A DNA stretch of 64,000 nt from Deltaproteobacteria bacterium (GTDB lineage Bacteria; Desulfobacterota; Syntrophia; Syntrophales; UBA2210), in the NCBI GenBank assembly GCA_016930775.1, contig JAFGGB010000087.1, positions 405 to 64,404 on the forward strand, written 5' to 3'. Shown here piece by piece: positions 37,142 through 48,881 of this stretch. Each line of letters opens with the position of its first letter. Positions within the stretch are counted from its first letter, which is position 1. Both the position numbers and the translations under genes were made by a program. The notes under the pieces were generated by a model, which was not told where the DNA came from, did no database searches, and was given only the letters and a program-made list of their open reading frames with translations.

Positions 37142-38260
37142 ATGAAATTTACAATTGAACGGAATGTCATTCTAATGGCGGTTCAAAAAACCTTGGGAAT
37201 TGTTGAACGAAAAACAACCATTCCGATTTTGAACAATATTCTTATAGAGGCCTTGGAATCATCGATACGTGTGGTTGCATCGGACCGTGAGATTGGCCTG
37301 CAGTCGAGCTACCCCGCCGATGTGGAAGTGAAGGGTTCGGTGACGGCGCCGGCCAAAAAATTAAGTGAGATGATACGGGAACTCTCCGGTGAAACGGTTG
37401 CGTTCGATGTGACCGACAACAACTGGATTACTGTCAGTAGCGGCACTGTGGTGTATCGCGTTCCGGGTTTGCCTGCATCAGAGTTTCCTGATGTAAAGTA
37501 TGATATAAGCGATATTTCAACAATACTGCCCTGTGATGTTCTTGGGAGAATGATTGCCCAGACGATTTTTGCCGTTTCATCCGATGATATGAGGCCGGTG
37601 CTGAATGGGGTCTATGTAATGTCGCCTGTCGAAGGATTTATTGAGATGGTTGCGACGGATGGACACAGGCTGTCGCTTGCGAAACGGTCCATTGCAGAAT
37701 CTGCGGAAAGCTTTATAGAGAAAGGAATAATAATTCCTCGGAAAGGTCTATCTGAGCTGAAGAAGCTTGTGGAAGACAATATAGGGAATGTTACATTGAG
37801 CGTTTCCAGGGGAATGCTCCTTGCCCATCGTGATGCAGCTGTTCTTGGCATCAGTCTGATTGACGGTGAATATCCCGATTACAAGAAGGTTATACCGGTT
37901 GACAAAGGCATTGAAATAGAGTTGCCAAGGATGATGATGCTTCAGGCGTTGCGACGAATGAGCGTCATGTCGAACGAACGGTTCAGTGGTGTGAGGATTA
38001 AGCTTCAGGAGGGAAAAATTATTCTGAATTCCATTAATCCTGGTGTCGGGGAGGCAACCGACGAGATCGGAATAGTTTATTCTGGGGATGTCGTAGAAGT
38101 AGGGTATAATGTTCGCTATCTGATTGATGCCATAGAGGGCGTCGACGACGAAAGGATATCTTTTGAAATGAGACCGGGAAGTGGGCCGGGTGTTGTGCGG
38201 TCTCTCGGAGAAGATAGTTACCTCTGCATCATTATGCCGATAAAACTGAGAACTGAGTAA
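37142..38260 (+). CDS. dnaN: DNA polymerase III beta sliding clamp
   Basis: 372 aa with a three-domain clamp pattern (MKFTIERN..., TILPILNNILIE, ATDGHRLS). Its position after dnaA fits. Confidence 0.93.
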   Translation: MKFTIERNVILMAVQKTLGIVERKTTIPILNNILIEALESSIRVVASDREIGLQSSYPADVEVKGSVTAPAKKLSEMIRELSGETVAFDVTDNNWITVSSGTVVYRVPGLPASEFPDVKYDISDISTILPCDVLGRMIAQTIFAVSSDDMRPVLNGVYVMSPVEGFIEMVATDGHRLSLAKRSIAESAESFIEKGIIIPRKGLSELKKLVEDNIGNVTLSVSRGMLLAHRDAAVLGISLIDGEYPDYKKVIPVDKGIEIELPRMMMLQALRRMSVMSNERFSGVRIKLQEGKIILNSINPGVGEATDEIGIVYSGDVVEVGYNVRYLIDAIEGVDDERISFEMRPGSGPGVVRSLGEDSYLCIIMPIKLRTE

Positions 38261-40684
<2,424 letters not shown>

Positions 40685-40782
40685 ACGAACTGACGATCGA
40701 GAAGTGCGATATATCTGCGGGCGCCGACGGGATTCTCGACGGTTCCCTTACTATCGACGAAGAAGCGGAGGAAAATCCTTAC

Positions 40783-43269
40783 ATGGATCAGGTCTTTCAG
40801 CGGAATATCCCTGTTAATATCGAAGATGAAATGAAGAAGTCCTATCTTGACTACGCCATGAGCGTTATCGTTGGTCGCGCAATACCGGACGCCCGCGACG
40901 GTCTCAAACCAGTCCATCGCAGGGCTCTTTATGCCATGTCGGAATTGGGGAACCGATGGAACAAGTCCTATAAGAAATCGGCTCGCATCGTCGGCGATAT
41001 CATTGGTAAATATCATCCCCACGGAGACTCTGCGGCCTACGATACGATCGTAAGGATGGCTCAGGATTTTTCGATGCGGTACCCATTGGTGGACGGCCAG
41101 GGCAACTTTGGTTCCGTGGACGGCGATCCTCCTGCGGCAATGCGGTACACGGAAATCCGCATGACCCGTTTCGCCGAGGAACTCCTGTCGGATATCGACA
41201 AGGATACTGTCGATTTCACGCCCAATTATGACGGCTCTCTTGTAGAGCCTCTTGTCATGCCGGCGAAGATCCCCGTTCTCCTGCTGAACGGCTCCTCCGG
41301 GATAGCTGTCGGCTTGGCCGGCAACATACCGCCTCACAACCTTACGGAAGTGGTGGACGGTCTCGTTGCCCTCATTAAAAATCCCGATCTTTCCATTGAA
41401 GAACTGATGCATTTCATCAAAGGTCCCGACTTTCCAACGGCAGGATTCATTAACGGTCGCCAGGGGATTATATCAGCCTACCGGACAGGCCGGGGCATCA
41501 TCAGGATACGGGCGCGGGCGCTGGTGGAACGAAATGCCAGGACGGATCGGGAGAGCATCATCGTCACGGAACTTCCCTATGCGGTTAACAAGGCCATGCT
41601 CATAGAGAAAATTTCCGATCTTGTCAGAGAAAAGAAGATCACCGGCATTGCCGACCTTCGGGATGAATCCGATCGAGATGGAATGCGCATCGTCATTGAC
41701 ATGAAGAAGGACGAGATACCGGCGATAATACTCAATCAGCTGTACAAGCACACGCAGATGGAGGCTACCTTCGGAATTATCATGCTTGCCATCTATGAAG
41801 GACAGCCAAAGGTCTTCAATCTGAAGGAAATACTCGAGAGCTTCATCATGTTCCGCAAGGTCGTGATTACGAGACGAACGTCCTACGAACTTGCCCGGGC
41901 TCGCGAACGACTCCACATTCTCGAGGGCTTCATCATTGCGCTCAACGGCATAGACGACGTAATCGCAGTTATCAAGGCGGCCGAAAATACTGCAGCTGCA
42001 GCAGCGGCTCTCATGCGGGAATTCGGACTTTCGGATATTCAGGCCAAGTCCATTCTGGACATGAAACTCCATCGTCTTACGGGCCTCGAACAGGACAAGA
42101 TCCGTGAGGAACATCGGGACACAGCTGCACTGGTCGTCCATCTCGAGGGAATTCTTGCAGATCCGCAAAAAATTCTCGACATCATCATGGAGGAACTTGA
42201 GGAGGTGAAGCGCCGATTCGGCGACGAGCGGCGCACGGAGATCGTAACGGACAGCGAGGAAATCGACATTGAAGACATGATTGTCGAGGAAGATATGGTG
42301 GTCACCATCTCCCACCAGGGATACATTAAGCGCAATCCCGTGAGCCTTTACCGGAGCCAGCTCCGCGGCGGCAGGGGCAAGGTGGGCATGGGCACGAAAG
42401 ACGACGACTTCGTGGAGCGGATTTTCATCGCCTCGACCCACAGTCACATTCTTTTCTTTACGAACAGCGGGCGCGTTTACTGGCTGAAGATCTATCAGAT
42501 TCCCCAGGCGGGAAGAGCCGCCAAGGGCAAGGCGGTAATCAACCTTATAGGCATTTCCCAGGATGAAAGGATTACGGCCGTTCTTCCCGTTAAGGAATTC
42601 ACGGAAGATCGTTACGTTATTATGGCCACGAAAGAGGGCATTATCAAGAAAACGGATCTTATGGCCTATTCTCATCCGCGGACCGGCGGAATTATCGCCC
42701 TGACTCTCGACGAGGGAGACGAACTGATCGACGTGAAACAGACCGACGGCAACCAGGAGATCCTCCTGGCCACCCGACAGGGCAATGCCATCCGGTTCAA
42801 GGAAGGAGATGTGCGTCCCGTGGGCAGAACCTCTCGAGGCGTTACAGGCGTCAGAATGGCAAGCGGCGACAGGGTCATCGGCATGGAGATTCTCAGCGAA
42901 GGAACGACAATACTTACTGTGTCGGACCGGGGATGTGGGAAGCGAACGGAAATCGACAAGTATCGTCTCCAGAGCCGGGGCGGCAAGGGAATCATAAACA
43001 TGAAAGTTACCCCGAAGGTGGGAATGGTTTCACGAGTGAAACTGGTCACGGGCGAGGAAGATATAATGCTCATCAGCAACTCGGGCAATATCATCAGACT
43101 GCACGTCGACAATATCCCCTCGCTAGGCCGCGGAACGCAGGGCGTCAAGCTTATTGATCTTGCCGCCGGAGAAATTCTCGTCGGTTGTGCGCGGGTAGAG
43201 CGCGAGGAGCCAGGCGTCGCCGATGCAGAGGAAGAGACAGGAGAGGACAACGCGCTCCTGGATATTTGA
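40783..43269 (+). CDS. gyrA: DNA gyrase subunit A
   Basis: [28 protein letters not shown], the QRDR region [13 protein letters not shown], the active-site AAMRYTE and C-terminal beta-pinwheel repeats. Confidence 0.97.
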   Translation: MDQVFQRNIPVNIEDEMKKSYLDYAMSVIVGRAIPDARDGLKPVHRRALYAMSELGNRWNKSYKKSARIVGDIIGKYHPHGDSAAYDTIVRMAQDFSMRYPLVDGQGNFGSVDGDPPAAMRYTEIRMTRFAEELLSDIDKDTVDFTPNYDGSLVEPLVMPAKIPVLLLNGSSGIAVGLAGNIPPHNLTEVVDGLVALIKNPDLSIEELMHFIKGPDFPTAGFINGRQGIISAYRTGRGIIRIRARALVERNARTDRESIIVTELPYAVNKAMLIEKISDLVREKKITGIADLRDESDRDGMRIVIDMKKDEIPAIILNQLYKHTQMEATFGIIMLAIYEGQPKVFNLKEILESFIMFRKVVITRRTSYELARARERLHILEGFIIALNGIDDVIAVIKAAENTAAAAAALMREFGLSDIQAKSILDMKLHRLTGLEQDKIREEHRDTAALVVHLEGILADPQKILDIIMEELEEVKRRFGDERRTEIVTDSEEIDIEDMIVEEDMVVTISHQGYIKRNPVSLYRSQLRGGRGKVGMGTKDDDFVERIFIASTHSHILFFTNSGRVYWLKIYQIPQAGRAAKGKAVINLIGISQDERITAVLPVKEFTEDRYVIMATKEGIIKKTDLMAYSHPRTGGIIALTLDEGDELIDVKQTDGNQEILLATRQGNAIRFKEGDVRPVGRTSRGVTGVRMASGDRVIGMEILSEGTTILTVSDRGCGKRTEIDKYRLQSRGGKGIINMKVTPKVGMVSRVKLVTGEEDIMLISNSGNIIRLHVDNIPSLGRGTQGVKLIDLAAGEILVGCARVEREEPGVADAEEETGEDNALLDI

Positions 43270-43284
43270 AGAGACGCGAATATC

Positions 43285-43713
43285 ATGGCAGGAAAACCTT
43301 GCCTCTATCGCTTGATCGACCATACGGCAGATCTCGGCATGGAGGTTTGCGGGCGCGACCTTCGGGATCTCTTTTCCCGTGCGGGCAACGCCATGGTCGA
43401 TATGATGACCGATCGAAGCACCGCCTTTCCCAGGAACGAGCGAATCCTGAAAGCGACTGGAACGGACTGGACTGATCTTTTGATCGCTTTTCTGAGAGAA
43501 CTTCTGGCTCTCCATACCATCGAGGACTTCTTGCCTGTTGAATGTTCCGTTGATACAATAGCGCCGTACCGGCTGACTGCTCTGGTAAGAGGCGAGCCCT
43601 GTGATCCGTCGCGTCACCGGATCATCAGGGAAATCAAGGCCGTAACCTATCATGGCGCGGTGGTGGAAAAGACCGGCCGAAGGTGGCGAGGGCGGGTGAT
43701 CTTCGATGTCTGA
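43285..43713 (+). CDS. archease (RtcB activator)
   Basis: 142 aa with the hallmarks DHTADLG, IKAVTYHG and a C-terminal VIFDV. It overlaps the rtcB start by 8 nt. Confidence 0.88.
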   Translation: MAGKPCLYRLIDHTADLGMEVCGRDLRDLFSRAGNAMVDMMTDRSTAFPRNERILKATGTDWTDLLIAFLRELLALHTIEDFLPVECSVDTIAPYRLTALVRGEPCDPSRHRIIREIKAVTYHGAVVEKTGRRWRGRVIFDV

Positions 43714-45148
43714 AATACGATTGGAACGGCAGGATGAATACCGCTGGCTTATCCCCGTGGAGGGGAATATGCGGGTTCCCGGCCTTATTTACGCCAGCGA
43801 GGAGATGGTCCGGGGATTGACCGGAGACGAAAGTCCCCGGCAGGTTGCCAATGTGGCTGAACTTCCCGGCATCGTGAGATATTCCTTGGCCATGCCCGAC
43901 ATCCATTGGGGTTACGGTTTTCCTATCGGAGGCGTGGCCGCTTTCAATCGGGAGGAAGGCGTCGTGTCGCCGGGCGGCGTTGGCTATGATATCAATTGCG
44001 GTTGCCGCCTCGTAGCCACGAAGCTCTCCTTCGATGATATTCGCGAGAGAGTCCGCGATCTCGTATCGGCTCTTCTCAGAAACGTACCCACAGGCGTTGG
44101 TTCCACCGGTTCGATTAAGCTCTCGGGCCAGGAGGAACGGGCGGTTCTTGAGCAGGGCGCCCGGTGGGCCGTGAAAAACGGCTATGGATCGGTTGAAGAT
44201 CTGGACATGATGGAAGATGGAGGGTGTTTGCCCGGCGCCGATCCTGAGTGTATAAGCGATCGAGCCATGAAACGGGGCAAGGAACAACTGGGGACCCTGG
44301 GATCGGGCAATCATTTCCTGGAGATCGAGGTTGTGGATGAAATCTTTGATGAAGAAGCCGCGAGAGTTTTCGGGCTCTTCATCGGTCAGGTTGCCGTAAT
44401 GATCCACAGTGGTTCCCGGGGCTTAGGTTACCAGGTATGCGACGATTACCTTGCCAGGATGGTCAAAGGGATCGGGTCTCTGGGGTTTGAACTGCCGGAT
44501 CGCCAGCTCGCCTGCACCTACCTCTCGTCGTCCCTGGCCCGCGAGTATCTTGCCGCCATGGCCTGCGCAGCGAACTATGCCTGGGCCAACCGGCAGCTCC
44601 TCATGCACTGGACAGAGGAAACCTTCGAAAAGACCCTCGCGGCGTCGCCCAGGGATGTAGGCATGCGACTCGTCTATGACGTGTGCCACAATATAGCGAA
44701 GATGGAAGATTTTCCATTGGAAGAAGGAATGACAACGCTCTGTGTTCATCGAAAGGGCGCCACCAGGGCCTTTCCCCCGGGACACGAGGCTCTCTGTCGT
44801 CGCTATAGATCAATCGGTCAGCCCGTTCTGATTCCCGGAGACATGGGAACTGGGTCCTATGTACTGGCTGGTACGGACAAGGCCTTCAGGGAGACCTTCG
44901 GAAGCGCCTGTCACGGGGCAGGAAGGACGATGAGCAGAAATCAGGCAATGAAGACGAGCAGAGGCCGCTCTATCGGACAAGAGATGGCCAAACGGGGAGT
45001 CATCGTTATGGCGGCGGGGAAGACTACTCTTCAGGAAGAACTTCCCGAGGCGTATAAGGACGTGAATGAGGTAGTTGAGGTGGTTCACCGGGCGGGCTTG
45101 GCCAAAAAGGTGGCTAGACTCCGCGCCGTAGGCTGCATCAAGGGATGA
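43706..45148 (+). CDS. rtcB: RNA 3'-phosphate ligase RtcB
   Basis: MPDIHWGYGFPIGGV, GGVGYDINCG, GSGNHF, HSGSRGLG and HRKGATRA, plus the guanylyl-His region SACHGAGR. Confidence 0.95.
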   Translation: MSEIRLERQDEYRWLIPVEGNMRVPGLIYASEEMVRGLTGDESPRQVANVAELPGIVRYSLAMPDIHWGYGFPIGGVAAFNREEGVVSPGGVGYDINCGCRLVATKLSFDDIRERVRDLVSALLRNVPTGVGSTGSIKLSGQEERAVLEQGARWAVKNGYGSVEDLDMMEDGGCLPGADPECISDRAMKRGKEQLGTLGSGNHFLEIEVVDEIFDEEAARVFGLFIGQVAVMIHSGSRGLGYQVCDDYLARMVKGIGSLGFELPDRQLACTYLSSSLAREYLAAMACAANYAWANRQLLMHWTEETFEKTLAASPRDVGMRLVYDVCHNIAKMEDFPLEEGMTTLCVHRKGATRAFPPGHEALCRRYRSIGQPVLIPGDMGTGSYVLAGTDKAFRETFGSACHGAGRTMSRNQAMKTSRGRSIGQEMAKRGVIVMAAGKTTLQEELPEAYKDVNEVVEVVHRAGLAKKVARLRAVGCIKG

Positions 45149-45159
45149 GGAGACGCGCC

Positions 45160-46140
45160 ATGGAGGAACAGGATATGCCGAAGGATATCTACGACGTCGT
45201 CATCATTGGAGGCGGACCGGCCGGTTTCACTGCCGGGATCTATGCGGCGAGGTCGAAGTTGCGAACCATTCTGCTTGAGGGCTCTTCGACGGTCAGTCAG
45301 ATCACTGTAACCGATATTATTGAAAATTATCCAGGTGTTCCCGAGACAAGCGGTTTTGATCTTCTTGATGCGATGAAGCGTCAGGCCGGAGGATTCGGTC
45401 TCGCCGTTGCCCAGGAAACTGTATCGGCGTTGAAAGCCCAGGTTCAGGATGATTTTTCCCGATGGATAGTAGAGACGGAAAAACGCAGGTATGCGGCGCT
45501 TGCCGTTATTGTCGCAACGGGCGCTTCCTGGCGGAGAATCGGCGTGCCGGGGGAAGAAGAATTCATCGGTCGCGGCGTTTCTTTTTGTGCCACCTGCGAC
45601 GGTCCATTTTATAAGAATCGTGCTGTCGCAGTTGTGGGGGGAGGCGACACGGCGCTCCAGGAAGCCCTGTTCCTCACGAAATTTGCCAGTTCCGTAACGG
45701 TAATCCATCGCCGTGAACGTCTTCGAGCCACGGCGATTCTTCAGGAACGTGCTTCCGCAAATCCTAAAATCAACTTTGCCTGGAACGCCGTCGTGCAGGA
45801 GATACGGGGCGATCAGACAGTCCGGTCGCTGGTCCTGCAGGATCTCAAGGAAGGACCAGTGCGAGAGATTGCCGTCGATGGAGTGTTCATTTTCATCGGT
45901 CTCGAACCGGTGACGGCTGTGGTCAAGGACATTGTCAGGTGCGATGAGAGAGGGTATATTGTCACCGGCGACGACATGAAAACCTCGGCGCCCGGTATTT
46001 TCGCCTGCGGCGATTGCCGAAAAAAATCCCTTCGGCAGGTAATCACTGCGTGCGGAGACGGCGCCACGGCAGCTCATGGCGTCCAGTTGTATGTCGATGA
46101 GGTGCAGGGTCGATCCTACGGGGCCTGGCGCAGCCCCTGA
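45160..46140 (+). CDS. trxB: thioredoxin-disulfide reductase
   Basis: YDVVIIGGGPAGFTAGIYAAR, the CATCDG redox centre, VVGGGDTALQEALFL with HRRERLRA, and GIFACGDC. The ATG at 45160 follows GAGGAG. An alternative ATG at 45145 overlaps the rtcB stop (ATGA). Confidence 0.9.
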   Translation: MEEQDMPKDIYDVVIIGGGPAGFTAGIYAARSKLRTILLEGSSTVSQITVTDIIENYPGVPETSGFDLLDAMKRQAGGFGLAVAQETVSALKAQVQDDFSRWIVETEKRRYAALAVIVATGASWRRIGVPGEEEFIGRGVSFCATCDGPFYKNRAVAVVGGGDTALQEALFLTKFASSVTVIHRRERLRATAILQERASANPKINFAWNAVVQEIRGDQTVRSLVLQDLKEGPVREIAVDGVFIFIGLEPVTAVVKDIVRCDERGYIVTGDDMKTSAPGIFACGDCRKKSLRQVITACGDGATAAHGVQLYVDEVQGRSYGAWRSP

Positions 46141-46166
46141 AAGATTTTATTCTCCGGGAGGGCGCG

Positions 46167-46367
46167 ATGCCTATTTACGAATATGAATGCCGTTGCTGCG
46201 GCAATGAATTTGAGATGATACGATCTCTCAAGGATGATGATGCGGAGGTGGCCTGTCCCGCCTGCTCCGAAAAGAAGGCGCACAAGCGAATATCCCAGGT
46301 GGCAGGCGCCGGATCTTCCTGCGGTTCCTGTTCCAGCACAAGCTGCTCCTCGTCGGCCTCCGGTTGA
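46167..46367 (+). CDS. FmdB-family zinc-ribbon protein (CxxC_CxxC_SSSS)
   Basis: MPIYEYECRCCGNEFE ... CPACS, followed by a Ser/Cys-rich tail. Confidence 0.85.
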   Translation: MPIYEYECRCCGNEFEMIRSLKDDDAEVACPACSEKKAHKRISQVAGAGSSCGSCSSTSCSSSASG

Positions 46368-46455
46368 CGGTAGAGAATGCCGCCCGGAGGGCGGACGAAA
46401 AACGGATGGAACCTTCGTTACAAGCACCGGCAATAGAGAATGGCTTGGCGGATCT

Positions 46456-47289
46456 ATGGATCATTTAATTTCTATCTGGCAAGAACTGCCCCGGCACATC
46501 GATCCTGTTGCGCTGTCTATCGGGCCGCTGTCTATCAAGTACTACAGCCTCATGTACCTCGTTGCCTTCGGCATCACCTATGTCCTGGTGAACCGCCGTC
46601 TTGCCCGGGAGCCCTTCGCCATAAGCCCGAAAGTCCTTGAGGACCTTTTTCTCTGGTGCATCATAGGGCTTCTGGCTGGCGCCCGGGTAGGGTACGTCCT
46701 CTTCTATGATCCTCAACACTATCTACGGCGCCCGCTGGACGTAATTCTGCCCGTCCGGTTCGATGGAGGATTCCGTTTCACTGGCATCAGCGGCATGTCC
46801 TATCACGGGGGACTCCTCGGCATCATAGTTGTGGCGATTGTCTTTTGCCGACGGAACAATCTATCATTCTGGGATCTTGCAGATCTCTTCTGTCCGGCCA
46901 TACCCCTGGGATACACCTTCGGTCGATTGGGCAATTTTTTTAACGGCGAACTTTTCGGACGGGCAACCACCGTTTCCTGGGGGATGTATTTCCCTCTGGA
47001 TTCTGTAAACCGACTCAGGCACCCTTCCCAGCTCTATGAAGCGTTCTTCGAGGGACTGTTCCTTTTTGCCGTCCTCTGGTCGGTACGGAAGTTCCGTCCT
47101 TTTCCAGGCTTTTCGTTCGGACTGTATCTCATTTGCTACGGCACCGTGCGATTCGTGATCGAGTTCACACGTGAACCCGACAGTCAACTTGGCTTCGTAG
47201 CCGCCTTCCTGACAATGGGTCAGATTCTCTGTCTTGTCATGATCGCCGCCGGCGCCGTTATTCTGCTTAGGCCTGCCCGGTCTTCATAA
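46456..47289 (+). CDS. lgt: prolipoprotein diacylglyceryl transferase
   Basis: PVALSIGPLSIKYYSLMYLVAF, GMSYHGGLLG, FGRLGNFFNGELFGR and HPSQLYEA. The start is moved to the ATG at 46456 within track ORF 46234..47289. Confidence 0.9.
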   Translation: MDHLISIWQELPRHIDPVALSIGPLSIKYYSLMYLVAFGITYVLVNRRLAREPFAISPKVLEDLFLWCIIGLLAGARVGYVLFYDPQHYLRRPLDVILPVRFDGGFRFTGISGMSYHGGLLGIIVVAIVFCRRNNLSFWDLADLFCPAIPLGYTFGRLGNFFNGELFGRATTVSWGMYFPLDSVNRLRHPSQLYEAFFEGLFLFAVLWSVRKFRPFPGFSFGLYLICYGTVRFVIEFTREPDSQLGFVAAFLTMGQILCLVMIAAGAVILLRPARSS

Positions 47290-47365
47290 AAACACTTGAT
47301 TATTCTTGCTTAATGCTTTATGGGTTTCTACCCGTAAGTACAAGCAATCGGAAGGGGAACCAGCT

Positions 47366-48652
47366 ATGCCGCATTTCTTGACAACGGTGCGCTCTAAAGA
47401 AGATTTGGAGACCATACAACTGAAAGGTCTTCAGTGGACCTGCCGTCACGCCTATGAGGGATCGCCTTTTTATCGGAAGCGCTTCGATGATGCAGGCATC
47501 GGTCTCGAGGACATTCGATCCCTTGAAGACTTGCAGCGCCTTCCCTTCACTACCGCCGCCGATCTGCAGGAACAGTATCCCTGGCCCCTTCGCTCCGTTC
47601 CCTTTGAGAAGATAGTCCGCATCCATGCGTCCTCGGGGACCACGGGGAAACGTAAAGTAATGGTATATACGGCCAAGGATATAGACGACTGGGCCGATAT
47701 GTTCGCCCGCTGCTACGCAACGGCCGGACTCTCCCGCGCAGACCGCGTGCAGATTTGCGTAGGTTACGGCGTTTGGACGGCCGGCGTAGGTTTTCAGCTG
47801 GGATGCGAACGATTTGGCGCCATGGCGGTTCCCGTCGGACCCGGCAACATAGATATGCAGATGCAGTTCCTTGTAGATTTTCAGCCCACCGTGCTCTGTG
47901 CCACGGCATCCATGGCCCTTCTCCTTGCAGAGGAGGTGGACAAGCGGGGTCTCGGAAACAAAGTCGCCGTTAAAAAGGTGATCTTCGGCGCCGAACGGTC
48001 TACGGACGCCATGCGGTCGAAAATCCGGGAGTTGTTTGGCGCGGAACATACCTTCGACATTCCGGGATTAACGGAGGCCTATGGTCCGGGGACCGGTCTG
48101 GATTGCCAGCTGCATCAAGGAATTCATTACTGGGCCGATTACTATATCCTTGAGGTCCTCAATCCCGAGACCCTGGCGCCTGTTCGAAACGGCGAAGTTG
48201 GCGAGATGGTTTACACGACGCTCCGCAAGGAGGGGGCGCCCCTGATTCGCTATCGTTCCCGCGATCTCACCAGATTGATTTCGGGCGATTGCCCCTGCGG
48301 ATCTCTTTTCCCCCGGCATGACAGGATTCTCGGCCGGTCGGACGATATGTTCATAGTGCGCGGCGTGAATATTTATCCGGGGCATGTGGATGAGATACTC
48401 GCGGCGGAAAAGGGAATCGGCAGCGAATACCAGATTCACCTGGACAGGAAGGAAGACGGCAAGGACTACATGACGGTTCTCGTGGAGCGGGCTTCCGATG
48501 GAGATCCTTTAGCCGACGAACCGTTGAGCAGGAAAATCGAGCGGGATCTCAGGAAAGAGCTTCTGGTGAGCGGCGCCGTGAAGATTGTCCGGTACGGGTC
48601 GCTTCCGCGGACCGATCGAAAGACGAAAAGGGTTTTCGACAACAGGGACTGA
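47366..48652 (+). CDS. paaK: phenylacetate-CoA ligase family (aryl-acetate--CoA ligase)
   Basis: PFYRKRFDDAGI, LQRLPFTTAADL, the AMP motif HASSGTTGKRKV, YGVWTAG and a C-terminal ACT-like region. The start at 47366 follows GGAAGGGGA. Confidence 0.85.
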   Translation: MPHFLTTVRSKEDLETIQLKGLQWTCRHAYEGSPFYRKRFDDAGIGLEDIRSLEDLQRLPFTTAADLQEQYPWPLRSVPFEKIVRIHASSGTTGKRKVMVYTAKDIDDWADMFARCYATAGLSRADRVQICVGYGVWTAGVGFQLGCERFGAMAVPVGPGNIDMQMQFLVDFQPTVLCATASMALLLAEEVDKRGLGNKVAVKKVIFGAERSTDAMRSKIRELFGAEHTFDIPGLTEAYGPGTGLDCQLHQGIHYWADYYILEVLNPETLAPVRNGEVGEMVYTTLRKEGAPLIRYRSRDLTRLISGDCPCGSLFPRHDRILGRSDDMFIVRGVNIYPGHVDEILAAEKGIGSEYQIHLDRKEDGKDYMTVLVERASDGDPLADEPLSRKIERDLRKELLVSGAVKIVRYGSLPRTDRKTKRVFDNRD

Positions 48653-48660
48653 AAAAAGCC

Positions 48661-48689
48661 TTGCTTTTTTACAGAAGCTGCATTATACG
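48661..48689 (+). promoter_or_regulatory. sigma-70-like promoter candidate for the leader-iorAB transcript
   Basis: TTGCTT - 17 nt - TATACG, about 35 nt upstream of the leader ORF ATG. Confidence 0.3.
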
Positions 48690-48723
48690 TTTCTCTCCAT
48701 AAGAACACGAGGGGGTTATTTTC

Positions 48724-48798
48724 ATGTGCGGTAAACAAACAATCCTCTGGCGCTGGTGGCGCATATATAGATCGGGGAGGTCTGTTCACTGCCGGTAG
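48724..48798 (+). CDS. 24-codon Trp-rich leader peptide candidate (MCGKQTILWRWWRIYRSGRSVHCR)
   Basis: The ATG at 48724 lies 9 nt after GAGGGGG. Three TGG codons fall within four codons (48748-48759), and the stop is TAG at 48796. The ORF is below the track's size cutoff, so I read it by hand. Confidence 0.45.
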   Translation: MCGKQTILWRWWRIYRSGRSVHCR

Positions 48799-48823
48799 CC
48801 CCTCGGGGGAGATTGTCGACGAT

Positions 48824-48858
48824 AAAGCCGTGAACATCCTTTGTTCACGGCTTTTTTT
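48824..48858 (+). terminator. strong intrinsic terminator between the leader ORF and iorA (attenuator candidate)
   Basis: AAAGCCGTGAACA-TCCTT-TGTTCACGGCTTT is a perfect 13-bp stem running into a T7 tract. It ends 24 nt before the iorA ATG. Confidence 0.8.
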
Positions 48859-48881
48859 ACATTAGATTCACAGGTGTTTGT

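Noticed and set aside
43634-46077. Minus-strand ORFs of 257 and 330 aa opposite rtcB and trxB.
   Set aside because: They are antisense shadows of well-supported genes.
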